Of a stretch of DNA of 64,000 nucleotides, positions 41,401 through 52,589 are shown one piece after another; position 1 is the stretch's first letter; the number at the start of each line of letters is the position of its first letter. The notes below the pieces were generated by a model. It ran no database searches, had not been told where the DNA came from, and saw only the letters and a list, made by a program, of their open reading frames with translations. The stretch lies in assembly GCA_964252035.1 (NCBI GenBank), contig OZ176204.1. One strand, given 5' to 3'. The translations under genes were made by a program, and so were the position numbers. Origin of the DNA: Podarcis erhardii. Its lineage: Eukaryota.

Positions 41401-44400
41401 ACACTGGTGCTGAAGCTACCTGTTACCAACACATGATATTGAATGTACCAGCTATAGCTGAGCCCAGCTTCTATAAAAATCCTGGCTTCCAGTTCTGCCT
41501 TTTAAGTCATTCCAAGGTATGGTCTGAAAGCCACCACCTTGCTGAAGTGAAGCAGGTATAGTGGCTGGAAGAGTGGCTATCTGGGAACAATGTATTTGCC
41601 ACCTTAGGTTCCATGGCAGAAGAAAGGCAAGATATGAATGTAAGAAAAATAATACCGTGTTTTTCCGTGTATAAGATGCCCCCATGTATAAGACGCTCCC
41701 TATTTTTGGGAACTCCAATTAAGATAACACCCCTCAGCACTACCCATGTATAAGACGAGCCCCAATTTTAAACCTCATTTTTTGGTTAAAAAACGTAGTC
41801 TTCTACATGGAAAAATACAGTAATTAACCTGGGCCTTGAAGCATTGCACCTTACATTGCCTTTCAACAGTTAATTGGATGTTTCAGTTCCCTGCCTTTGC
41901 ATCTCTGCTGAGTGCATGTCCTGTCTTTTCTCTCTTTGCAGAGGAGTCTGTATGTGGGGGCTCAGAGTGGAATCCTGCAGTTACCATTTTCCTCCTGCAA
42001 GCGCTATGTCTCCTGCTTTGATTGTATCCTGGCCCGAGACCCATACTGTGGCTGGGATGGTGAGACCTGCAGAGAAGTAGCCGAGATGCTGGACAGGTAA
42101 TTGAAAACTGACTACAAAGACCTGGAAGTGTATATAACACTGTGTACGTGTTGCAGTGGTACCTTGGGTTAAGAACTTAATTCATTCTGGAGGTCTGTTC
42201 TTAACCTGAAACTGTTCTTAACCTGAGGTACCACTTTAGCTAATGGGGCCTCCTGCTGCTGCTGCTGCTGCGCCGCCAGAGCACGATTTCTGTTCTCATC
42301 CTGAAGCAAAGTTCTTAACCCGAGGTACTATTTCTGGGTTAGCGGAGTCTGTAACCTGAAGCGTCTGTAACCCGAGGTACCACTGTACTTGCATGTGGAG
42401 TATACTTGTGCACAAACTGGAGCAGGGTGATACTTTTAAACCTACCCTGTTCATTCCCCAAATGCTGGATATTTGGTTGTTTTTTTAAACAACTTCCCAT
42501 TGGGTGTGTTTGTCCGACTAAGGCAGCCAATGTGTGAGCTCCTGCTGGAACTCCACATGACTGGGACACCAAGTTGCCTGGATGTCCCAGTCAGGCAGAT
42601 GCTCTGCAGGCAAGGAGGAGCTCATACATTGACCATGCTCAATGCAGCTATTAAAGAAAAGATGACTTGAGGTGGGTTAAACATGTGCTCCCCACTCTGG
42701 TCTGTACTCAGGCACGTCCTACATATGAGTAATGCATGCATACAGCTTGCATCCAAGACCAATGTTCGCCAACACTTGGTGAAGCCAGGGCTCTGTTAAG
42801 GCACCACTAATGTGCTTCTGCATTGAGACCTATCCTACATTGAGGTTTATTGGATCAATGGAGTATTAGTTTGTGCTTGTTTGAGACTTAACAACATTCC
42901 TTCACTCTATCCCTCCCTATTGAAAGTGGGCATTTGACAGGACACCCCTGTTATTTGGCTTTAAACATATCAGGGCGTCTCTCTGTCTCATACAAAACGG
43001 GTTAGGTTTAGTGGATTCTGATTTTGCAGGATATCTAAGAAGCTGTAGTCAGCGACAGTAATAAGAATATATTCCAGAAAATTTACATGCCTTACAACCA
43101 TGAAAGTTTTGAGTGTGTGCATGCTAAAATATAAATCCATTACAAGAATCACGGCATAAATGTATAGATAGGGCAGGCAGTTAAATCCTATAGGTTGCTA
43201 AATCCCATAGGAACTCACTGAAAGCCTATTTAAATAAACATGCTTTACATTGTCCCCCCCAAAAAACCCCCCTGCAAACTTGGACTCAGACTGGGTCTTC
43301 CTTAGTAATACCTTCTCTTTAAGACCTGGACTACAGCTGAGCAGCCATAGTTCCATACTCTAATTAAAGGGATCACGCTGAAGAGCTCTGTATTTTGTCG
43401 CTGGAATTGTCTGCTGGCTGTGCATGTGCCCTTGTGTGAGGTGACATATGCAGGTGACTCGGGAGGTTTCAGCAAAGCCTGCAGTTTGTGTTTTAGATAT
43501 TGTGCAGCTGTGCATATTGGGGTGCTTATGCTGGGGAGGGGTGCCTGCTGGAGCATGCAAGATTCTGCCCACAAGTGTATTAATGCCCACAGATTTCATC
43601 AGGTGTGTGCTGCATGCCGGTGAGATTGAGTATCTTTGCGCTGCTGCCTTTCCCCAGCTGATCAAGGTTTTGCTTATATTGGCTTAGGAGTCTGCTGATC
43701 CAGGACATTGTGCATGGCAATGTGGGCTGCTCGAACGACTCTGCCCAGGGTAAGATTCTGATACTGCCTCTTCTGGAAGCCAACGGAGCCTTGCCTCTGC
43801 TACCTTGGTCTGGTGCTCTGGGTTGAGAGAATGGAGGATGATTCCTTCCTAAGGGGAATTGTTCATCTGTTTCCAACCCTTGCTTGCAAGAGGAGCAAGC
43901 TTCCCTTCTTCCCACCCAGACTCAAAGTTTGTTTTCCTTAATTACCGTATTTTTCGCTCCGTAAGACGCACCTTTTTCCTCTTAAAATCTAAGGGGAAAT
44001 GTCTGGAGCGAATGTGTGGTCCCTGGGGCTGGGGGGGCGGGGAGAACCCGGGCTTCCCCCGCCAGCCCCAACAAGCTCTGGGAGCAGTGGGAAGGCTGCG
44101 CTCCGGAGGCTTCGGGTTGCCTTTACTGAAGGCGACTGAATGCACTTTGTTTTAGAGGGGGAGAACAAGAAAAAAAAATTCTTCCCCTCTCTGCGCAGCG
44201 CCCCTTCAGCGAAGTGGCAGGAGAAATGGAAGGGGCTCCGTTTCTCCTGCCGCTTCGCTGAAGGGGCGCTGCGCAGAGAGGGGGAATTCCCCCCCCTTGT
44301 TCTCCCCCTCTAAAACAAGGTGTGTCCTATAGAGTGAAAAATACGGTAACAGAATATTTCCAGCACAGGATTATGTAAAACAACAACAGAAAAACCACAA

Positions 44401-45715
44401 GATTATGGACACAAAGTAGTGCAAATTAAGTAGGACAACATACATTTCTTTGCATTGTGGGTTTTTCTTTAATCAAAATTATTCTTACACTCATTGTTTT
44501 TGCAGTAGGGTGGAGTAAGGGAAAGGGGGAAGAGAAAGCCATGAATGAGGGGTGTTTTATGGGACAGTTCTGTATACTAACCACTCACTATAGGGGCTGT
44601 GCCTATCCCAACTAAGGGATCTAAACTTTTTAGAGCCTGGCCTCAGATTCCCTTTATTATCTGTACTTTTAAGGAGCGCTTTCGCTTTTAAAAATAAAAC
44701 AACCCTCATCAAACCCTTTGGGTGTCCCATCCCCCTCAGCTGGAGAGCCCAGAGTGCCTCTTCCAGAGTATTAACTGGCACTCCAGTCCGACACCTGAAT
44801 TGTTGCGGCTCAGGTAGGGCAGCAATTTGGTGCTTACTACGTGTGTTTGTGTCTCCTGCAGCCACACCCATGCAGAAGAACCGGACAGTGCTGTGTGGTG
44901 ATGACGTACTCCTGCCTTGCGAGCAGATGTCCAACCTGGCCCGGGCGACCTGGCTGGTGAACGGCACCAAAGTGCTGGCGGAGGACGGACAGGGCCGCTT
45001 CCGCCTCGGGGTGGATGGGCTGCTGGTGACGGACACCCAGCCGGAGCACAGCGGGGAATACCGCTGCTACGCGGAGGAGAACGGCCTCCAGGCCCTGGTG
45101 GCTGCTTACACCCTGAACGTGCTCCCTGAGCAGCGAGTGCCACAGCAGGCATCCACCGTGTCGCACCCATACTGGCACGCCGCCAGTGCCACTTACGGAG
45201 ACGTGAGGTTCATCTACATTGCCGTCATCACGCTGCTGGGGGGGCTGTGCCTGGTGCTTAGCGTCGTGCTGCTCTATGTCTCCTGCCTGCAGAAGCGGAG
45301 GGGCAAGTACAGCCTGGGGGTCCCCCAGGCACCCAGCGTGGAGCTGCAGACGGTCTCTTCCAATTGCCTGGGCAAAGGAGGGGAGGAGGAGGAGGAGGAG
45401 GACCCGGGCACCTACCTGGACGGCTGCCTGCAAATCATCCCCGGGGAAGCCCCCACCGTGCCATCGCCCTCCAAGGAAACGCTCCCCATCCCACCGCCGC
45501 CCCCTCCTCCGCTCCCTGCCGAGTTCACCAACGGCATCACCACTTTGCCCAGCATGCTGCGCAAGATGAACGGGAACAGCTACATGCTCCTGCGGCAGAA
45601 TGAGGAGCCGTGCACCTCTCCGCTCTACAACTCCTTCACAGAGGAGCTGAGCAAGATCCTGGAGAAGCGGAAACACACACAGCTGGTAGAAAAGCTGGAC
45701 GAGAGCTCCGTGTAG
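21213..45715 (+). CDS. SEMA4G: Semaphorin-4G (sema, PSI, Ig, TM, cytoplasmic tail ending DESSV); 5'-incomplete model
   Basis: 13 GT-AG exons in continuous frame: 21213-21361, 22488-22550, 22681-22779, 27906-27999, 28639-28752, 29099-29265, 33183-33352, 37430-37574, 38353-38575, 39503-39618, 41942-42096, 43688-43749, 44862-45715 (2411 nt, phases compatible). Peptides match recalled SEMA4G ([78 protein letters not shown]). The first (signal-peptide) exon was not found. Confidence 0.96.
23505..23562 (+). mobile_element. Sauria-type SINE 3' fragment
   Basis: gggtcggacatcactgg...caggggtacctttacctttacctt with the characteristic (ACCTTT)n tail. Confidence 0.65.
23575..23680 (+). mobile_element. Internally deleted Sauria-type SINE
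   Basis: 5' head gggacgcgggtagcgctgtggtctaaaccactgagcc fused to 3' end gcaaccccagagtcg...gggatcctttagcttt; 12-bp TSD AATGGTTCTTTA at 23563-23574 and 23681-23692. Confidence 0.75.
35395..35463. repeat. (ATTT)n microsatellite, probably a LINE tail
   Basis: About 17 units, adjacent to an L2-like end on the minus strand. Confidence 0.95.
36471..36729. mobile_element. hAT-Charlie-type MITE
   Basis: Right end AGGTTGTCTACCCCTG, degenerate left end (ggggcagcaacct), subterminal gggccgcatccagcccacgggcc motif typical of Charlie-type MITEs. Confidence 0.6.
40243..40620 (-). mobile_element. L2-like LINE/SINE 3' end
   Basis: Minus strand reads gtaagccgccttgagc...aaaaggcggcatgcaaa (GCCGCC/GGCGGC terminal stem). 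Similar decayed 3' ends at about 14520-14785, 27060-27150, 35400-35520, 37690-37870 and 59250-59390. Confidence 0.5.
41655..41820. mobile_element. Tc1/mariner (Tc2/pogo-like) MITE
   Basis: Termini CCGTGTTTTTCCGTGTATAAGA / TCTTCTACATGGAAAAATACAG are imperfect inverted repeats; TA flanks. Confidence 0.75.
42154..42385. mobile_element. Tigger-like MITE, family A
   Basis: TIRs CAGTGGTACC / GGTACCACTG, TA on the right flank, body nearly identical to the 12929 and 54028 copies. Confidence 0.88.
43945..44346. mobile_element. Tc2/pogo-like MITE with a long internal palindrome
   Basis: CCGTATTTTTC ... GAAAAATACGG TIRs, TA on both flanks, internal inverted repeat 44147-44318. Confidence 0.85.
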
Positions 45716-46967
45716 GGCAGGGTGGAGGGCACAGGGAGCCCACTTTGCTGTGAACTAAACCCCCTAACTGCCCTCTGTGATTCCTCCTCCCCAGCCCAGC
45801 AGAGAAACAGTGTTACGACTCAGCAACTACCTCCGGCCGGCCCTCCGGAGCAGCCACAGGCTCCATGCTCATTTCCTTCTCTCTCTCTCTTTTTGGTTGT
45901 TGTTTTTTCCGTTGGCGTTGATGGTTTGTTTTCCAATTGCTGTAAAAAAAGATCTTATTTAAATGGAATTATATTTATATATAAAAACAATGATCGATAA
46001 ACAGGAGCCACAGCGATCTGTTGGGTTTGTCTGGGTGGGGTATATCGGAATGTGCCCTTGGCTTGTGTGGGGAATGATGTTGTCGGGCTGGACAGTGGGG
46101 TGGTTAGAGGGTGGTTTCCTACCAATAGTTGCAACGGCCAGAAGGGCATCAGCAGTCATAATGAGGGGACAGGAAGTGCAGCTGCCATTTCAAGAGGTAG
46201 GTAACAAAACTTCTTTGTTACACCCGAATTACATCAAATTCAAATCACGTTTCAAATACATCTATATAAATAGAATTAAGGGTATTTTTTCTGAGCATCA
46301 GATATAAATGATGGCTATTGGTTAATCCTTTGGGTTTGGGTTTTCCTTAGATGACATTAGGAGATGCTTTCAGTTCCTTTGGGGGGTTTTTGGGGCACAA
46401 TCACAGTCCACAACTTGTTAGTGTTGGCCCATAGCAAATGGTCTCTCTGCTATGGTATTAGAGGGGCTAGGCAGCTGAATGGAGAAACCTTAGTATATCA
46501 CAACTAATGCCCAATAGTTTCTTTAAAAAGAAATTAACTATGGCTTACAGCCTATGAGCTTTTGAATGACACCTTGCTGGTGCAAAATAACTGAGCTGTT
46601 TCATCCAAACTTTGCTGTTTGCTTATGTGAACCTGCAGGAAAACAGTGCCCTCTGCTGAAGTTGAATTGCAATTTGTCCATACTCTCTCCTGTTGCCCTG
46701 AGAGCAAAGTGTTTGTCTCACTGTCATTTCACCTGTCTGGCAACAGGCCTCCTGCAAGAGTGGTGGGTGAGAGGACAGGTTTCAGTACAACCTTAATAGT
46801 CTTTAGAAAGTTTAGTCTTGCCTTCTCCAATGTACAAGAATAGTTGTTTTGCTCCTGGTCTGAACTAGCACGAGTCTCTTGCTAAATCTAGATCATGGTT
46901 TCTCCCATCTGAAATTATTATTGCTTTGTCAAACTGGAGTAAGGGGTAAGAGTGACATCCCCTAATA

Positions 46968-47205
46968 CAGTGGTACCTCAGTTTTCAAATGTCTCCATTG
47001 ATGAACATTTCAGTTTACGAACACCATAAACCCGGAAGTAAATGCTTCGGTTTTTGAACACTCCTCAGAAGTCGAACATGCCACGTGGCGTCCGCTGAGT
47101 GCAAGATCTGGAGGCCTAGCTGTTGGAAACCACACCTTAGTTTTCAAACATTTCAGAGGTCGAACTGTCTGGAATGGATTACGTTCAAAAACCGAGGTAC
47201 CACTG
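46968..47205. mobile_element. Tigger-like MITE, family C
   Basis: CAGTGGTACCTC ... GAGGTACCACTG, TA on both flanks, body differs from families A and B. Confidence 0.85.
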
Positions 47206-47727
47206 TATTCGCAGTTGTGTAAGGCAGCACCATTCCTAATGGGTGACTAGAGAAATCTCTTTCATAGAGCTCATAATGGTACCCTAAGGACTAATCAAAA
47301 GAACCAGCAATGTCTGGCTGTGCACTGCCATGGGCAAGCACTGGTGTCTGAGTGACCCATGGGTGAGAAATGACAGGGAAGTAGGAGTAGAATCTCTTAG
47401 CCCAATCCATCTGCAATACAGGGTAAAAAAACCACCAGTCTACATACCACAGAGTTTAGTCTTGTAAGGACATATTTGTGGTGCACTTAAGGAAGTTCTT
47501 GTCACTGTCATTGTTTCTCATGATCTTCTATGAGCCTTTAGGAAATCTAATTTATGTGTCATTCACATAGCATTGATACTGGAGACCTCAATATAAATTT
47601 ATCATGCATTTCAGACCTAGAGGGAGAGTGTCACAGGTTGCAATGTCATTTATGACATCTTACACAGCCTTGTTTTCAACCCAATGGACGCTTAACACAG
47701 TTGCTGCTCTTCTCTGCCTTGGGTTCT

Positions 47728-48166
47728 ATCATAGAATTATAGTTGGAAGGGGCCTTGAGGGTCATCTAGTCCAACCCCCTGCAATGCAGGAATCTATGAT
47801 AAGGTTTTCATTTACATATCTGATGGGATTGGGGGAAACTCTCCACCTTCAATCCTCAGAGTTGCCCTTTCCCAGCTCTGTAGTATCCTTTTTGGTGAGA
47901 CATGCAAATTATACACAGTATTCTAAATACGTGCACTCCTGTTTTGTGTCAAGGGCATTAAGATACTTTTATTTTCAGTTGGGTCTGGGAGACCCAGCAT
48001 CTGGCGGCACCAGGCTGGGAAAAGCTGTTTTTACACTTGTACATTGACCCTCTTTTTACTGTTTTGATGTCAAATCACACCCTTTTTAGAGAGATCCCTT
48101 GCAGGGCTCTTTGCAATCTACTTGGGTTTTCACCACTCTAAATAACCTGATGTCATTTGCAAACTG
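47728..48166 (-). mobile_element. Degenerate CR1-clade LINE 3' fragment
   Basis: Reverse complement of a CR1-type 3' end (ctcaaggccccttccaactataattctatga) and a decayed KFADD-like RT motif near 48151-48165. Confidence 0.6.
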
Positions 48167-48922
48167 GGGGGTACTGAAAAAGCCATCTGGTGATTATTAG
48201 GAAGGCTTCAAGAGCATTTTCAATGCACTCAGATTATACAAGTACAGAAATTTATGAGTGAAAGTTTCAGCATCTTCAGAAACTGCTTTAGTTTTAATAA
48301 AAGCAAGTTTCTAGTCTTTGTGACTGCTAATTACATTAATGTTTCTCACACAATACAAAGCTACAGTTTGGTACACACTTCTTCTACACCTTCATTACTT
48401 AACCCGAGCATGAGATTTTTAATAGTTATAGTCAAAACATCCAATACAAAGAATCTCTCCTAATAATGGTCTTCTCTCCAATCAAAAGAAACCAAACCAC
48501 ATGCAAGACAGAAGACAAGCATAGGGACAATCCCCTTGATATAGTAAGGGTTGTATACAATGCTTCTTGTATGGAGTTCTGCTCATGCAGTGGGATGTCC
48601 CCTTGCTATCTCTGCACGCCCTCAAAATCCAAGGTGGTCTTCCAACCCTCTGGGGGCAGATTCTGAGCATGGGGCAGGGGACAAGGGCTGCTGGGGAATA
48701 GAAAATTTCATTGTGCAAGCACCAGCCTGTTGACAGTAGCAAACGGCATTAAAACAAGGCTCAAACAGGAGAAGGAAGCAAGCCAGGAATTTATTGAACA
48801 CTGGGACAATACACCAGACAGATTAGGAGGTTGCTGTTCAGAATCTTGAATACTAATGTAATCCTGGAAATAAGTCCCATTGAAGAGTGTAGGACTACCT
48901 GATAAGTAAACCTGCATACGGA

Positions 48923-48925
<3 letters not shown>

Positions 48926-48954
<29 letters not shown>
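48926..48954. repeat. (GT)n microsatellite
   Basis: Directly visible. Confidence 0.95.
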
Positions 48955-48957
<3 letters not shown>

Positions 48958-49792
48958 GCCCTTCACCCAAAGGTCACAGGGTGGTTCACAACATGAAAAA
49001 TATGCAAGCTGTATCTCCTAGTGTAATGTAACAGAAATGGAAACCCAAGAGTTATTTTTATCCCTTTCAATCAGTTTCTTTTTGCTGCTAGTTCAGAGTC
49101 CTGCCACTGCCATACATCTTATGAAGACTGAAAACATGGCATATGAAGAATCTAGGTTGGGTTCAATCTTGTGCTCAGTGGAATTCTGCTTGCACTGGAG
49201 AAAGCAGGTGGGGAGGCAGTTTTTACTAACTGCCTTCTCCCTGCGCCCTCTCTCATAATCTGTTCTAGAGGGTTGAGGGATCCCCCAGAACAGCATGGGA
49301 AACTGCACTAGGGGATGCTCCACTGGATCCAAATTTCTTCCATTAATAGAAGACATTCATGGAAGGGAATGTCTAGAACCAACCCATTAAGTGCAAAAAG
49401 AATTTGTTCTTACAAAACAACATTCCTGGTCTGCCTACATGCTGCTCTGTCTGCTTCTTGCCCTAGCTTTCTCATTAACTGCAGTTCATGCCAAACTGAA
49501 AGCACTTTCCTGCTCCAATCTCCACTCCTGTTAATGAAACGTAAAAACTTCTAAAAAGACATTTTAAGTTCTTGTTTAAAACATTTAAGAGCACAGCTCA
49601 AACCTCCTGATTGATACACAGTTTAACAGAAATGTAAAATTCAAACTGATCAGAATGCCATAAAAGGAATTTTTACTCAAAGTCTTAAGATCTGTTGGAC
49701 TGGCGTTCCTGAAATAGAAGTATCACTTGCTGGCATGTTATAAAAGTCCACAATGTCCCTGGGAAGCAAAAAAAAAAAAAAAAAAAAAAAAA

Positions 49793-50177
49793 CGTTTCCG
49801 AGCACAATTCAAAGTGTTGGTGCTGACCTTTAAAGCCCTAAACGGCCTCGGTCCAGTATACCTGAAGGAGTGTCTCCACCCCCATCATTCTGCCCGGGCA
49901 CTGAGGTCCAGCACTGAGGGCCTTCTGGCGGCTCCCTCATTGCGAGAAGCAAAGCTACAGGGAACCAGGCAGAGGGCCTTCTCGGTAGTGGCGCCCGCCC
50001 TGTGGAACGCCCTTCCAGCAGATGTCAAAGCGATAAACAACTACCTGACATTCAGAAGACATCTTAAGGCAGCCCTGTTCAGGGAAGTTTTTAACGTGTG
50101 ATTTTACTGTATTTTTGGTTTCTATGGAAGCCGCCCAGAGTGGCTGGGGAGGCCCAGCCAGATGGGCAGGGTATAAA

Positions 50178-50230
<53 letters not shown>
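49793..50230 (+). mobile_element. 5'-truncated L2-clade LINE, young copy
   Basis: Open ORF2 C-terminus (FKVLVLTFKALNGLGPVYL...RAFSVVAPALWNALP...LKAALFREVF*), 3' UTR stem gccgcccagagtgg...gatgggcaggg, (ATT)n tail, TSD GAAGCAAAA at 49763-49771 and 50231-50239. Confidence 0.85.
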
Positions 50231-52179
50231 GAAGCAAAAGTTAGATGCTGGTTGCTTCCTCCCCTTGCTAATCAAAGAAGCGTTATATCCTTCCCATTGC
50301 TGCACAACCTGGTGAAGCTGAAAATGCCAAGACACCTTGAACTGTTGCAAAAGGCCCATACTTTGCAAGCAAACTGCAAAGGGAATGTAAACAAAGGCAG
50401 CACATGCCCAAAATTATGCCCTGGCCGTACGTAGGGCCATATTACGCGCTAGCTTAATATACTGAGGTGAAGTGATGGCAAACTCTTCTTTTTAGTGGTA
50501 TGGCCTTTATGGAAGCCAGGTCATAGCTCTATGACAAATTAAATGCTTTGTGTGTAGGGAAACTCGAATTCAATCCTCATCACCTCCAGTTGGATCGGGG
50601 GTAGAAGGGCCAGAAAATACCTCTGCCTGGGATTCTCAAAAGCCCCTGGCAATCACAATAGGCAGAACTTGGTTAGACAGAGCAAAGACCTAACTCAGTT
50701 TAAAGCAGCTTCATATTCTTACCCTTATACCAAGGTAAAAATCCCATTTCATGTATGTAGTTTCTTCTGCCAAGACTCTGGCGCATGTTGATAATCTATG
50801 ACAAAATCTCTGAAAGGAACCAGATGAGAACTTGCTTCTGCCAAGCTGCCAGTTGCTTTTTTTCTTTTGCTGCCAACATTGCTAATTAATTGATTCAGAT
50901 TTCCCAGTGCTTTCCATTAAGAGATGGCAGGGGTTTTACAAGGAGAAAGGGTTCTCTTTAATTTATATTTAATAGAAGGGAGGAGAGATGGGGCAACTTG
51001 TATAAAGGCAATGGAAAACAGCCACTCAATGTAGACAAGGGTATGTAGACTTGTTTAGAGAAAAGTTCCAGCTGATTTCTACTTGCCTGAATTCTCTCTC
51101 TGTGTGTGTGTTTTCGGAATGGTTTGGAAACCAGGTATAAGAATTTCAACTCCAATATCCTAGCCAAACTGCAGCTCAGTGCTAAATGATGTTTGATTTC
51201 TAGCATCTCCAAATAAGATGATATCTGGCACTACATCTGAACAACAACAAAAAATACCTCTAGCCCAGACTCTTATGAAATTCTAGTGAACAGGGAGATT
51301 TTTATACATTTGCTAATTCAAAGGAAGGGTGGATAACTCATTGTTTCTTTCTGTGCTGGCCAATGAAGTTTGGTGGTGTTCCCACAGGCTGAATGTCAAA
51401 GGTAACACTACTTCAGCACAAATTAATCCTTTCTGTACTGTATGCACAGGAAACACTGGCTCTTTCCAGCAGAACAGTACATGACTCTCCTTTTAAAGTT
51501 GTGTAGATGCTACCTCTGAAGGCATGAGGAGCCAAACCTTACTATGTTGCACCAAGGAAAGCTAGCAGAGTAGGGAATCAACACCTCTATCATCTTGCCT
51601 CCTTCCATCTGGAGAAGCCAAGGGGAAGGTACTCAGACTTGCTGAGCAACTCAGCACCATCCTCTACAGGGTATGTAGAGGCAGGAGGGAAGGTTGAACC
51701 AATGCAAGCACCACCTTCAAAGACCCCTTCAGACCTTCACTCACTGAGCTCAAAAACCTCAAGAGGACTTCTAGGCGTGTTCAGCTGAGCATTGCTAGAA
51801 GCCTCCCCAAGATCAAAAATCCTAACAAGGCAGGGTGCCTGTTTCTGTAAAATCTTTTATAACTGGAATCAGAAGCCCTCTCCAGACCTTTGTACTAAAC
51901 ATGCAAAAGTCAGGGGGAGGAAGGAGAGTGAGTGCCTGACATGCAGGGCACACCACGGGTTAAGGTGCCACATGCAGGCTTGGCCATCTACAAACATTTA
52001 GCCCTCCATGCTTGAGCTGAACACTAAAACAGGGCTTAGGAAACAATTATCACGGGCAACGCAGCTTCCAGTGAAGAGAGGAATTCACAATTAGTACTCT
52101 ACTGACTTAAGTATTTGCAACTCAAGGCATGTTCATTAGCAAGAAAGCTCTCGGAGAACCTTACAGGTCGTTCCATCCA

Positions 52180-52185
52180 TTTATT
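52180..52185 (-). terminator. Candidate MRPL43 polyadenylation signal
   Basis: TTTATT on + (AATAAA on -) about 405 nt downstream of the MRPL43 stop. Confidence 0.45.
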
Positions 52186-52589
52186 TCCAATTCCAGCAAG
52201 AGTAGCATTAGCCAAGGATAACATTCAGCACAAAACATGGATAAGACAAGCTGCCAGCACAAGTAGCTGGTGGTGTAGAGAACAGTTGCCTCTAAAGTCT
52301 CTGCCACTCTCTTGAGGAGGAGGAGCAGCCAGTCCCATCCAGTTCTAGGCCTTGTTCACCATTGACCTGGGCTGGCCTGTGACTTAGCTGATAAAACACA
52401 ACAAATCAGGTAGGAAACTGTCCGATGTCAACATACAGTAGTTTGGAATCCTTTCAAAGCCCATTTCTTTCAGGAGAGGGATGATATTCTTCCTCCAGAT
52501 GAATTATATCAATGTAGCTCTATGATCTTGGCCTGGATACAAGAAATTCCCACTCACAAAAGCCCCGGGCGGTTTGTACCATTGTAGAT

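Noticed and set aside
44583-44595. ACTCACTATAGGG, identical to the last 13 nt of the T7 promoter
   Set aside because: The upstream TAATACG specificity region is missing and the flanks are ordinary intron with no vector sequence; treated as chance.
45380-45520. Poly-Glu and poly-Pro tracts in the SEMA4G cytoplasmic tail
   Set aside because: Acidic and proline-rich segments are also present in human SEMA4G as recalled; not novel.
44837-45676. 279-aa antisense ORF (and other overlapping frames)
   Set aside because: Shadow of the GC-rich SEMA4G terminal exon; no recognisable protein features.
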